Counted from the first letter of the stretch, positions 1 to 12,753 are shown. The stretch is DNA of 64,000 nucleotides from Phoronis australis (GCA_002633005.1 NMRA01000001.1:3579695-3643694), one strand, 5' to 3'. Notes: generated by a model from the letters alone, not told the origin. A program made the numbers and translations.

Positions 1-788
1 GAGAAATGTGAGCACATTTATCACTTAATGAGTAACAACTGCGAGGTTGAAATTTGGTGAACACTGTTGAAGCGTGCAGAATAATAAGTAAAGATATGTT
101 TCGCTAAATTTCACCGTAAATTGTTGGCGAAAACACTTTTAACTCGTAACTTATACCGCTGTCCCCCAATATGGCCGACGCTATCCAAACAAAGTGACCC
201 AAATTTCGCCACAAAAATTGCAATAACTTTACAGTGCTTGCCCCGATTTTGATACTTTTTCGATTTTAACTGAGTAGAATGCACTACCTTTCCGATGATA
301 GCAAAGCACTTTTTCAAAACGAGAGAAAAAAATCGGAAAAAATTGGTTCGATTCATATTGGTTCCTAGGTTCGACCGCCCTACTTAAGGAACTAAACACC
401 AATGCTATTTTAACATAATAAATACGCGTAACATTCCAAAAAAATCAACGACCACTAACTACAAAATATAAATACACTACACACACAAACGAATCACGAG
501 ATATTACTAATAAAACAAAATAATGAAGACTTATCGAGCAAGCGATAGCACATTCAGTTACAAGGAAAAAATGGTGGCGTTCAAGACAAGTTCCTGAACT
601 GATGAGCCGGAAATGTGGGTACGGAAATAACCGATGACAGCCGGTAATTATACGCTCACAGAGAAGGGTCAAATACTGTTAAAAATCGCTTTTGGTAAGA
701 AAGGCGAAAAGAATATAAAGAAAGGGTGTCGAAAATAAGATTTTATGTTGTAAGTTTTTTCGGATACTGAAACCACATGGGCAGTTTG
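1..788 (+). repeat. Dispersed repeat, copy A (near-identical to 49292-50097; runs off window start)
   Basis: Colinear direct match by eye along its whole length with scattered substitutions and small indels, e.g. gtgagcacatttatcacttaatgagtaacaactgcgagg ... accacatgggcagtttg in both copies. Confidence 0.92.
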
Positions 789-1158
789 AGACCAGGAAAA
801 CTAGTGTGACAACAGAATAGGAAATGTCAGTTTTGTTGAGTTTTACAGCTGCTCAGACCTCAGAGTTGAACCACAGGCGCTTGGGTTTATCGCAAATGAC
901 GTCACAATATATATATAAGAAAACATAAAGGTTGGACACTTAAACTTTGCAAATCCGAGGCTCCCAACTTCAACCGTCCAAAATCCAAATAAAATCTGCG
1001 TGCACCTCCCTCAGTCTGGTGTTGCATAAACCTTCGAAGCCTTATCTTTCCTAGATCCCATTAACTGTCTTCGTGAGTGGTGAATTGGCGATGGAATTTC
1101 CAAAACAATCTCAAAACTCTGAATTCAAGGACCTGAAATAGTAAACATGGCGGATTTC

Positions 1159-1354
1159 NNNNNNNNNNNNNNNNNNNNNNNNNNNNNNNNNNNNNNNNNN
1201 NNNNNNNNNNNNNNNNNNNNNNNNNNNNNNNNNNNNNNNNNNNNNNNNNNNNNNNNNNNNNNNNNNNNNNNNNNNNNNNNNNNNNNNNNNNNNNNNNNNN
1301 NNNNNNNNNNNNNNNNNNNNNNNNNNNNNNNNNNNNNNNNNNNNNNNNNNNNNN
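1159..1354. other. Assembly gap (196 N)
   Basis: Run of N. Confidence 1.
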
Positions 1355-1493
1355 CACTAGTTATTTTACATTCGTAAAAATTCTGAATCTTGTTGATGTC
1401 GAAGCATTTTTCTTTTAGTTTCGAATTTCAAAAAACGATCTGTTAGCTGCTTGTCACTTCTTCGATTATTCTCCCACAAGGCAAAGCACAACG

Positions 1494-1570
1494 CCTTATT
1501 TGGTATGGCAAGACATTGACATAGCACATATTCCTTATATGGAAAATGAGACCTTTGACCTTTGACGTAA
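1494..1570. promoter_or_regulatory. Candidate SRF/nuclear-receptor cis-regulatory cluster: two CArG boxes, DR1-like repeat, CRE-like site
   Basis: CCTTATTTGG (1494-1503) and CCTTATATGG (1533-1542) both fit CC(A/T)6GG; followed by agacctttgacctttgacgtaa. Confidence 0.45.
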
Positions 1571-1895
1571 ACGAAACGACGGTGACTTCAAGCAGCAGCC
1601 AGTCCCATTAAGAGGCAATTGATGTGAGTCCTAAGTGTTTGAACTTTGTTATAAAGGTATCGTAGAATTCAAATATATTCTTAAATGCACGTGGCATCAT
1701 TTCTGGGAAATCGCTTGCTTCACTAGCTTGCCCCGCACTGCACTGTCGACCTCAAATTCGGAATGCAATCACACATGATATTCTGCCGCTTAAAATATCC
1801 ATCTGGTCAGTCGGCTGTTTGTCGAATGACTGAGCGCATCAAGAACCAGAGGCCTGATGACACACTGATGTGTTTTAAGTTGAATCCTGGGTAGT

Positions 1896-1990
1896 GTTCA
1901 ATAACGCTAGGACCTCGTTAGCAAAGCATGTGTGTATTTTCAATGAGAGCACGTGATTTCGGCTAGATTTTATTCTCCCCTCGAGACAGC
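1896..1990 (+). mobile_element. Fragment of a short MITE family (also 17461-17590 and 62113-62252)
   Basis: Shared gttcaataacgctaggacctcg ... aatgagagcacgtgattt.ggc.agattt ... cgagacagc with the 62113 copy. Confidence 0.7.
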
Positions 1991-2130
1991 TTTATCACTA
2001 ACGTGAGACGCAATTGGTGTATTAGCATTGAGGGGACAGAATGAAGATTGGTTGAAAGTACCAAAACAGGATTTGGTATCCTTTTAAGTAAGAAGAACGA
2101 CCACGGCTATCTGGCTCTTCTAAGAACACT

Positions 2131-2180
2131 GTGACACCTGAAGATGGCCGCAGAAATAACCGAAGGAAACGTCGTGCCAT
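2131..2180 (+). ncRNA. Degenerate minimal hammerhead-like motif of a Penelope-like element terminus
   Basis: CTGAAGA (2138-2144) ... GAAACGTC (2166-2173) with flanking gtgacac/gtgccat pairing; stem II is poorly paired. Confidence 0.35.
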
Positions 2181-4399
2181 TATAAAATCGCCTAGATGCT
2201 GATGTGAATGAGCCAGTGGGTCTCAGAAATAATGTTTGTGACCAGTGGAGGTCTAATGTTGTAAGTGTCTTGATTGACGTTTACATAGGTCACGCTGCCA
2301 TTCACATTTAATTGTTAATTCACATTACATACCATCAAGAAAATTAATAAAAATGTGTGTCAAGCGTCATGAAGATGATTTTTTTACCTTGTGCTTGTTT
2401 GATGCTCGACGGATCATCCAGGCGGGCGTATATTTATCTAATCCTGAAGTCTACGAACATGTTTTGATTATATGCATACCTTTTTCTCCGTAAATCATTG
2501 ATCTGCATTGCGTGTGGCCCAAGGGCATCATAAAACTCTCTTGTTAACAACCAATGTTTGTGGGACAAGATGGCGTACTAATGTTGTGTTAACATGTTCC
2601 CGGGTCCTGAATGACTGGAATTAGTAACTCGATTGACAAGTTGAAAGTGTTCATTGCGGGAAATGGACACTACTGTGGTGTGTGAGTGGGTCAAGGAAAT
2701 GCAATGTACCTGTTTGCTGTTGAAGCGTACAAGTGCGTAAGGTCAGGCTACATGTAGGCCTACAGACAGAGGCACAAATGCAGAGCCGCATTAGTGTTTT
2801 TAAAGTTTCTAGCTTTACCACAAGCTACAACTTTCATTCCTGGTCTTTTTTCTCCTCGGTGGTTAGATTTTCTTATGCCGTAATGACCACAACTTCGGAG
2901 TTACCACTCGATCGCTAAAATTTTTGATCTTCCAAATTTTTATAGTCTCAATCTCACCAACAGGGGTGCGTTTAACTAAGAGGTGGAACCCCATAACGTA
3001 GGTTAGTAACCACTCGGTACACGTCATTTCGTAGCTTGAACCCTTTCTTTGTGTAAATCTCTCATCTCGCCAGCGGTGGAGAATACACGTTTTCATAGAA
3101 CGTAATTGACGACAGAAAAGTGGAATAAATTGATATCTTGTTGCATAACCTCGCTGCAAGGTCTGTTGACGGTAATCGTGCACGTGGAAAACCAGCATGA
3201 GGTGTTTACGAACCTCATATAGATCCCCACGGTTAGCACTAAGTCACCAAAGGAAGTGTGACAAAAATCCACCTATTGCTTCTTATCTCGTGAAAAGTCT
3301 TTTACAGGTAGTTCCAATGAACTACAGGCTCGAAAAATGTCGCTGTTTGCTTTTCATTAGGCGTGTCAGCATAGAAGAAACGGGAGGTTCACGCGGGTTG
3401 ATTTTTGTTGATGATTCCGACTGCTCACTCTCACATTTGGTAACTGATGTTCCCTTTATATAAAAGTTCAATGTACTTTCACATAAAATATCTAGCATGC
3501 CAAACATTTTTTTCACTGTTACTCTATGCCAATTAGTAATTAGCCCAAATTGTTTTAGAATTAAGTGTCTCGCTTGCTTCAAGGGTGATGGGCCACCGAT
3601 ATGAAAGCGTATGGAAACGACTATAAAGGTAATTAGTCTGGTATTTTGGATTGGCGAAAAAAACACTGCTACAGGAAATAAACAAATCATTTGGTCGTTG
3701 AATAATCAGATTGCTCCACTAGATGGTTGTACAATCTGAACATGGGTTGACTTTAAAAGTGCACAAAAAGATGATTTCGGAGAAACCCAATGAGTCACTA
3801 CTCACACAAGTTGTCCCTGAATGCGGTTCCATTCCTTGCACGGATATCATTGGTGATATCGACAATTTTGTACCGTATTGGAAACTTGGCTAGGATAGAT
3901 GAAAAGCCGACCCATACATTCTGTTTTAGATACGTGTCGCTTAGTCAGCCCATAGAGTCATTAAGTCTATTGATAGGTGTAAATGTATATGTGATAAGAA
4001 CGGTTAATTTATCTGTAGATTTTTTAAATATCGGTAGACTCACTGTTTCCATCGATATACTAATATCGACTCACGTTTTACCTTATAATATCTACAGTGG
4101 CTGGATAATGACGATGCATGCATTTTCTCCAGACATTTCTCCGTCGAAAAAAATCTATAAATGAAAACAGCTATCTTTAAAAATTGAACTCAACAGACTC
4201 TTGGTTGGCTCTGTCGTTTGATGTTAATCTGGAGACAAAAATTGCGAATCTGCCATTTGCAGCCACCGCAGTAAAGTACTAGTGACGTCATGGGCACTCG
4301 GATATTGCTTACATAACTGTTAGATAGAGACGGTGACACCAACACGGAGTTCGTAATGTGAAAAAGCTCCTTAATGAATTGTCAGAGCAAAGCTAGATG

Positions 4400-4700
4400 T
4401 CGGACGTATTACATGTTGTGTCCACTCTGATCCGTTATGTCCATTTTGCCCTTTAATGTCTTTATGACCCGCTATCTTCATTTCAATCCATTGCGTCCAA
4501 TTTTGCTTCTTAGGTCCATATTCGCCCTTTAAATTAAATTCCATTCTTTAAGTTCGTTTTGATCAATTAGCTTGGTGATAAAAATAATCTATGTTTTTTG
4601 AAGGTTGATTAGAACTGTCCTCAGTTCCGATTTGATCCATAATGGGTCAAAATAGACACAATGGGTCAAAGTGGACATAATGGGTCAGAACCCACGTAAC
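4400..4700. mobile_element. Foldback-type MITE remnant with ~20-bp subterminal repeats in inverted orientation
   Basis: Left arm tctgatccgttatgtccattttg...; right arm (gacac/ggacat)aatgggtca(aa/ga) x3 is its reverse complement. Confidence 0.55.
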
Positions 4701-5530
4701 CGAGACGTTCATCAAACGGTAACAAATTTGTGTGCAATACCCACAACTTAATTACACACATAACGCTATCTTCCGTGCATATGGCTAAACCTACTGCTCT
4801 AGACGTTCCAAAATGTGCTCGTGATGGAAAAGTGCATTTTTAATACTTAAAAAGCGCATTCCGTAGTTTCGTAACAGAAAGGCGACACGAAACTGGTTGC
4901 ATAACAAACCTCCTGCGGTAGACTGTTAGGAAAAAAATCTCGTTAATCACGTCTCATAATCCAGCTGGAAGGTTCGTTTATTGCAACGATTAACACTTCA
5001 TTAAAGATTGACATATCATTTTTTACGAACAAAAACGCAGGGCTTAGATTGCTGTTGGATAGGATGGACTCCCTGAATTTACGGTGTTAATATAAACTTT
5101 GACCATAGGTATAAAACAACAAAATCCGTTGTGTTTTAGTGGTTTCATTACGAATTGCTAATTTTCGATGGAGTCGTATTTATTTGTGATTATGTATTAT
5201 GACTGTTTATTTCTTAATTATGAAGGCCGGCCGCGTGGATAGGGTGCGCGGGTGGACTAAGTATAATTAGATTCTCTGATCGATGTTTGGATGTTTGAAT
5301 GGTCTCCCTATCCGATTTTTAAGGAACAACTATAAATACGTCACAAATCTCCACCAAACTTTGAGAATATTAAGGGGGTTAAACTTTACGTAACCATAGA
5401 CCGCCAACTCCGTATACTTGCAATGGACGAAATTTGTGCTGTTTCGGACAAGCCGTTACGTCATTATTCACTAGCGTCACCTGGCCAAATTATCTGGTGT
5501 TATTTCCGGCAAGTACATCGTCTGCAAATC

Positions 5531-5640
5531 ATGGTCGGTTGCGGTGTGGCCGGGTGTTCGGCCACACAGGCAAATAAATGCAAAGGCGTTAACTTCCATA
5601 GCGTACGGAGACCCCATAATCGGCTGTGGGAGAAAAACCT
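5531..5640 (+). pseudogene. THAP zinc-finger relic (DNA-transposon derived)
   Basis: MVGCGVAGCSATQANKCKGVNFHSVRRPHNRLWEK fits the THAP N-terminal C-x4-C ... FH ... W pattern; the C-terminal C-x2-H is not recognisable. Confidence 0.6.
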
Positions 5641-5844
5641 TTCAAAAGATAGTGATTCACGAACTCATGTCCTTACCAGGAACTTCAGCCATAGTCTAGT
5701 GTGCGAATTAACCAAATTAGTCATCTTCGCTGGCCCTAATCAGGCGGTTACTATCTCAGCAGAATGCGCTCATTTCGTCGGGATTTGGATCACCGACTTA
5801 GCTGCTTTTTTAAATCCGTGTACAAATAAATTAAATGCTGGTAA

Positions 5845-6570
5845 AGCCTTTATTAAAATGTTTATTACGAAATCTTCAGAATAAAATGAATATACATAAC
5901 CCACAAGCGCCAAAAGGCATTAGATCTGGGTTAAAAAATACAAATATAAGAAGTCTATATACAATTATTATACACGAATACATAAATTAAAAAACTGATG
6001 TTAAGACTACAATGATATATGATTACGAATGTAAATAATTCATTTTCATACACATATATACAATTCTATCCACTCACACAAAGAGATTTAATATTATAAA
6101 GAAATTCTGATACTATGTCGAATAAAACCTTATTTTCATTTGGGTTGAGTTCTTGACATCCATATAGAAAAAAAATTGTTGTGCAATTGCGGAATTTCAG
6201 AATATCTTTTGTAAACATTGGGGTATTGTTCGAGTGTCTGGAAAAACTGTACCCTCTGCTCCTTGCATACCTCACAAGCAAAGAAAACATAAGGATATGT
6301 CTGGGTATCTCCACAGGAACACAGAGGCGAAATATTATTAAAATTATGTCTAAATTTCTCTTTGTTTAGGAATAGACCGCATCTTGATCTGTATAGGGTT
6401 ATTTCATGGTTGGAGGAAGTTGGAATGATGTCAATGGGACTGGCAAGTCTTGAGTAGTGGTATGCATTTTAAAGTTGTTTTTGAGAGTGACGATTGAAGT
6501 GCTTTCTTTTATTTTGAATGGTAAGGAATTCCAGTTGTCAATACAAGTTAATATCAATAAGGATCACACT
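5845..6570 (-). mobile_element. Decayed 3' end of a CR1/L2-type LINE
   Basis: Minus-strand FFLYGCQELNPNENKVLFDIVSEFL resembles the LLYG..L...N..IF..V..FI terminus of invertebrate LINE ORF2; stops and frameshifts upstream; AT-rich 3' tail. Confidence 0.55.
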
Positions 6571-7208
6571 AATAGTCCAAAAATAACCAACTGTCCTACT
6601 CGAAATCTATCTCGCAATTCAACAGCAGGTTACTCACTCATTTCATGTCGAATGTATGCCGCACAAAATCTCTAGACCATCTTAGCCAAGTACATTGAAA
6701 TCTGGTACATTCAAGTCTATGAAAATACAACCAACGTCTTTGCAAACATGGATCAGGAACAACAGAGGGGTGTGAAGGTTGTTTTTATTCTTCAATGTTA
6801 AATTTTTGTAAGCGGACAAATGATTTTTAAATTTCGGCCTTAAAACCTAACATTTCAAAACTCAAGCATTTCAAACGAACGTTTATGACGAAAACAAAAT
6901 TCTTCAACCAGTTTAGTAAAGTCCTATACCACCTCTAGGGTACATAATGAACAAATCCTACTCCTAATGTAACAAAAGGGTCCCCGTGCATAAAGGATTT
7001 TAACTATTGTCCTTCTGAAATATGTGAAATGTCAAATCAGATCAAGCGGTTTGGAAGTCCAGTTTTACTTTTTATGAACATCAGTTGCACTGCACGCAAT
7101 CCTTTATGAATTTACCGTAGTTGGCTACAGACTGGCCCATTTTTACAACAACTCGCACCGCAGACAAACGTCTTCACAAATTACACCCTATAGCCTATGC
7201 AGCTCCTG

Positions 7209-7444
7209 GAGGAGGCGGTGTGGCCTAGTGTGATATGTGCCTGCTTTCTTTGTTCGAGGCTGTAGGTTCGAATCCCACTGGGTCAAACTACTAAACCCTT
7301 GAATCAGGTTTCAAGCTGCTCAGCTCGGTTTAACTCTATATTAATAAAGCATAAAAATGGTTCCAAGTGATCAGTGCAATGGGCCCACATGCGCTGCCTG
7401 CGCACTTCTGGTACAACGTGTATCAGATCGCCTGCAATTATTTT
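7209..7444 (+). mobile_element. Full-length tRNA-derived SINE with 13-bp target-site duplication
   Basis: A-box-like tggcctagtg (7221-7230), B-box ggttcgaatccc (7265-7276), T-rich tail; identical flanks tatgcagctcctg at 7196-7208 and 7445-7457. Confidence 0.88.
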
Positions 7445-9250
7445 TATGCAGCTCCTGATTTAAACAAGGGTCTCTTTTTAATTTTGGTCCGGTATACATA
7501 ACACCACAGACCAGGAAGTCCAGCGAAACACTTTTACCTTACAAATGTGACAATCCTTAGTCTCAGAAAATTTGAGCACCCGGCAAAAGATACTAATGAT
7601 GAAATTCCGGTGATGATAATCATCCACTTTGTTTATGTACTTCGCCTACACAATTTGAAATAGTCGGTGAAATGAAGCCCATTCGAGTAAGCACCATGTG
7701 GGTCCCTATGTAGAACCCAACAAGCTCAAGTTGTGGATGGACATAAATTAGGAAATTTACTGTAGCAACAGATTGGCCAAATAAGAATAAGGTACAAAGT
7801 GTTGCTACAGTGCACTCGTGCACAATACTTGGTCTATCATTTTCCCGCCGTTAGTGCATGAACCAATCAGATCACCAACGGCGCAAAGTTTTCGAAAACA
7901 ACTCGATTCTTAGGGAGTCCTGTTACTGGTCTATTTATTTTCAAAACTTTATTATGTAACATTTAATTTATTTTCTGTTCAACTAAATGAGACCACTTAA
8001 TATAAAAGCATTAAACACAATTTATGCATTGTAAAAACCAAAAGTTATGTTCTATCAACGTTACACAAAACCCCTTTCTTAAAAAATGCGTTAAAAGTTT
8101 AAAACAAAGGACACAAGTTTCCGTCACTTGCAACGTCGATTTTCGACATTGATGTAAGGGAGGAACATCAGTCTGGCGACAGCAACACGGAATCGTACAA
8201 AGGCGAAATTTGATTCGTTTTGTTGTATGTCTTTTTTCCCTACGGTTCAGGATTGCTTGTGGATCCAGGAACAAGAACTGAACGAGACAGGGTTCGTGAT
8301 AACGTTGGTGAACGGTAACATCTATTAAGGTGTTACAACTGTCATCGATATTGTCATCTTCCCTGTTTCCATCCAACATTCCCTGATGAAAACTTAAATG
8401 AAGAGGACCTTCAGTACTTGAGTGAGCACAGTATACTGTGTGATTTATGTTGAATTATTCAACGGTTCTTTTAAGAACCATTTCACGCCATACCTATGGC
8501 TCATGCACAGTACAATCAACGGCCCTTTTAAGAGCCACTTAACACTTCCCAGAAGAACTGCTCACTTGGAATGTTGAATTATATACATACAAAGGTCAAA
8601 CCAGAGAAATTGTTGCAGTGGCGCATTTTTTAATCCGAACAAAATTAAATTTTCTAAAACAAAAACGTTGTATAAGTATATTTTGCAATCTCAGGTACTC
8701 CTTAGAATTTGTGCACAAATATGCTTTCGTAGTTTTCTCAGTATGTGAACCATGAATCACAAACTGTCCGATAATTATGCTGCTGTTGTGCAAGCAGATG
8801 ACATAATCAGTCGGCACCGAACTTTGAATTTTGTAATTAATTACCAGTAGCATTGCCAAAAGTACTCACGATACCAACCGTTCTACTATTGGAAGACTTT
8901 GAACAGCGTTTCAGGGCCGAATTTTTTTTCGTTGAACTGGACAATAAAGTAGATGCGAGAATTTCCCGTCAAAATACACTAACCGGAAACTGCACCAGAT
9001 AATTTAGAAGAGTGTCGCCTCCTCTTGGATAATAATGAAGAAAATGTCAGAGTTGCGAATCTGTTGTCTATAATCTATGGTGTAACTGCGATAACTTCAA
9101 GTGAAATGAGCAAGCTATATTTTTGAAAACGTTGAGGGTTCATCGACATGATATACCCCGTGAATTCTGCTCGAGTGAACAAACTGGTTTTTGCATGGGA
9201 CTCTGTCAACAATGATATGTAGACTTTTTTCGCTATGCTCGTGTGCACGC

Positions 9251-12200
9251 CATAGTCCCAGCTCTCCTATCTTTCACCTCCTTGGCCACTTTCTGGAGGC
9301 AACGAGAACTTTGCATTAAACCCATCTACAGATGTTAATTTCAAAAAAGTTCCCTGGAATACACTTGCACGTTTAGTTAGAATTTTAATTTAAAAGTTGG
9401 AAAAATACAACCTCAACTAATGTGTTAGCCACCAGGTGTCAGTGCAAAATGATCCGAACAACCAATCAAATGTCAGAAAAATATTGTGTCCATACCTTTC
9501 CCCTTCAAAAGTCGTCTGCTTGGCATGAAAACATTCATCAGAAGACAGTCAGCTGATGTTATCCTGCTGGCTTAGCTAGCTTTTTTACTGCTACTGACTA
9601 CATTGGATAGTATCAATTATTGGATGGGTGTGCAAGTAATAGGCAATTACCAAGGACCAAGGCTCAAAAACCAGCGGGCAGCAGTTAGGAATTGAGGAAA
9701 GCCAAATCAAGTGGCCACGAGTGTCATCGTACTGAAACAATTCTTGGCACATTCCTGAATCATTTTGTTTTTCGCAAAGAACAGTTTTGGGACAGCTAGG
9801 ACTCAGCTGAAACCATGAATTATTGAACAAGTGTGCGACTTCACAATAGACTGGCAAGATGTCTGCCCCTTGTGGCATTCAAGTGTCAGGTTCTGCTCAA
9901 ATTTCTGAGCTGGAATTTTCAGATATTACCTGGTCTAAGGCTACTGCAAAAAACGTATCAACGTTGAGTGCAAGTGAAGTATAATTGCTGATAAATTTTT
10001 AAGTTTTGTTTTTAAGTCATGCGCGCACTCAGAGGTGGGGTGGCTCGGGGGTTTGAATGAGCCTCCCCCATTTGGTAAAGTGGGTAAAAAGGTCAGACTC
10101 AGAGAAACAAAAACTCCGAAACAGTAGAAAACAAGACAAAAGTTCACTAAAAAGGCAAGAACTACCAAAATTCGGCGAACGCCCAATTCGTTGCTCTGCA
10201 GTACCCCGTGAATCTTAATAAATGTCCACATTCTCAAAAACTCGAGCTCCCCATTTTTAGGCTTGGTGCGCGCGTGCTTCTATCACAAGCAGTGCTACAG
10301 ACACTTAACAGAGCTCTTAAAAAGAAAAAGAGACCAAGCTGATGATGGAAATAATGTTGAGCCCACGAGAAAATTAAGGAGATTGTCACTGTCAGTTACA
10401 TGTACATTTTACAGTGCTCAAAGAAAGAAAGCCGTATATGTCTTGCCACCACAATGAGCCATTTGCCACAAATAAAATTTCATCATAGGGGAACTTCACA
10501 AACAAAAGAAAAGTTGAAAATCTATCCCAGTTCCAAACATTCAATTGTAAATAGGCCTACCTATTCTTAATTTCAAAAGGTGTCATTTATAGTAAATAAT
10601 CTTTAGTTTAGGTCACACTACAAAAAATATTTTGCTTGATAAATTTGTAGTAATCGTCGTTTCAATCTCAAATGTACTAGTAGTAGTTTTTACCTACATG
10701 TGAGTGATCAGCACTTCTTTTTATGAATTTATAAGCCTATTTTGAGACCCTTTTATGTAAAATCATGAGCAGTGCTTGGAATTTGAGAAATTTAAAAATG
10801 GAAATATTGCCTGTGTTCTGTAATTCATTTATCTTGAAAATTCAAATGTTGTGCAGATTTCAGTATCTCACGGTTTGAAGATTGTTGAATTTGAGATTTT
10901 AGCAAAGGAAAATGTTTACTTTTCCAATTATGTGCTATTTAAAACAGGAAATCCAATGAAATTTTTGCTCTATGGTAAAGAAGATGCTTTTCAATTTCAA
11001 ACAAAAACTATTGCCAACATGACCATTCCTCCATTTTCAAAGGCTGAACTACTGTATTAAGGATGATAAAAGTGTTTCTATGTTTTAAATTGCTTGAAGG
11101 CAGCTGCACAGTGCAATAAATGCTAGTAATGATGCTCATTTCTCTTTGTGCTTATTTTCGCTGAGCACTTAAACAAAATGAAATTTCAGTTGTTGGCCAT
11201 GCGGTGTGCTAAGGTGAAGAGCATTTTGGTTATCTATTTCAGTTAAAGAGGATTACTGTAACAAGGTGTTTAGATGAAACGGTATTCAGGTTGTCAATTT
11301 TTTTATTTTGGGTAGGATGCAGTCTTGCAGAGATTTTTTAAACTTTTTCTTTGCCATTAAAGCTGGGCTCAAAATTTGTGTTTCCTGGTTAACTCATTGA
11401 AGACATTGAACCATTTGTATGCAAGCTGTACCGTGAGTCATCAACAGTTAACAAAGCACGCTACCATATTTCAGGTTGAAATCTCATCATGATTGTTTGC
11501 TGTTACATGCTAAAAGACCAAACTACCAGTGTGCCATTCACAAACAAGCCTTGCAACAGCATGTCAGTGCACCATCTCCAGTTGGTAATGGGTGGCTTTT
11601 GGAGCAGATGACAATAATGATGATATAAATGATGGAGTGGATGAAGAAACATAATAAGTGTATGCTATGTTCTTAAAGAACTTCAATTTTTCAACCTAAT
11701 AGAAAATATTGACACCATTTAATCATGCTGGTGACTGTGGGGACTGTTGGGTGTATCGTTCTGTGTGACAGTGGACAGTGAACAGCAATGTGGATAATGA
11801 TAATTAATTGTGACAATTAATGAAAGTGATGACAGTGAATTTGTTGCAGAAGTGTTGGAAATGTATTTTGTTCATATGTAGATTGTGATATCAAATCTTT
11901 ATCAAGTTCCGTCCAAATGTTTAACAGTATTTGTTTTTTGGCAGATCAGAATATAGTAGTATGTTTTCTAGCCAACAAGAGGCGCTGCTAAAATATTTCT
12001 TTTTCTCTTTTTTGAGCAATTTTCCACCTAATATCATAAAATATATATATATCTATTTTCTTGTTCAGTAACTTAAAATGAACAAATCCCAATCAAATTA
12101 TCATTCAATTTTTGTCTAGTGTTGTTGGTTTTTGAAGACTGGTTTTCTGTGCCAAATTATGCAAAAAGTCAGATTTTTGAGGTCAAATTTCTCGAAAACG

Positions 12201-12338
12201 TGCAATGTCAAACCTTGGGAACTTTTTAGATCCTTAAAGTATAATACTTAATGACCTTAAAAACACCAAAATTATCTTGCCCCCAAAAAGTGGCCACGGA
12301 AATGATTTTCTAGGCTTCTTAGAGTCGAATGGGCTATG
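9251..12338 (+). mobile_element. Decayed TIR DNA transposon with CATAG...CTATG ends (CACTA/CMC-like termini)
   Basis: Imperfect long TIRs (catagtccca/tgggctatg; tggccactttctggaggcaa/ttgcccccaaaaagtggcca; aaaaagttccc..ttgcacgttt/aaacgtgcaa..gggaacttttt); GC on both flanks; internal coding remnants YHKQCY (10281) and IEPFVCKLY..VNKARY..LLLHAKRPNYQ..PSPVGNGW (11405-11595, frameshifted). Confidence 0.75.
10018..10276 (+). mobile_element. hAT-like MITE nested in the CATAG element (same family as 41221-42246)
   Basis: Ends catgcgcgcac ... gtgcgcgcgtg; internal sequence (actcagaga.acaaaaactccgaaa, gtaccccgtgaatctta, ccccatttttaggct) matches 41221-41406 and 42210-42246. Confidence 0.75.
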
Positions 12339-12753
12339 GCCTAGTCTCGCTTTTTTCGTTATTGACAAAAGACAGCGGGAGCTAGTCAGTCACCAGGTGG
12401 CGAGACTGTTTCATAAATGAGTCGGCCAGCCTCGTCCCCATTAGGCTCAAGATGGCGCTGATCGGTTTCGCCATTTGAGGCTTCGTTAGCTGGGGAAATC
12501 AAATGTGTCACGATTTTGCGATATTTTCACACTAAGCGCCGGAAGATCACGAGTAACATGAAGTTACATCAACTTTGAAAATTTATGCAGCATAATACAA
12601 AAATGAAAACTAATTGTATATTGCAGCAATTTAGGGCTAAAATATGGCAAAAAAAGATGTATTTTGATTCGAAAACAGAGATGAATTTCTATGGTACTAT
12701 TAATAGAACAGAGATTGAGTACGCGAACAATCTTTGTTTCAAACATTAACCAA

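Noticed and set aside
7211-7285. Functional tRNA gene
   Set aside because: No complete cloverleaf; continues into a SINE body flanked by TSDs
8011-8382. 122-aa Cys-containing ORF with an apparent acceptor
   Set aside because: No recognisable domain or partner exon; an equally plausible acceptor exists on the opposite strand
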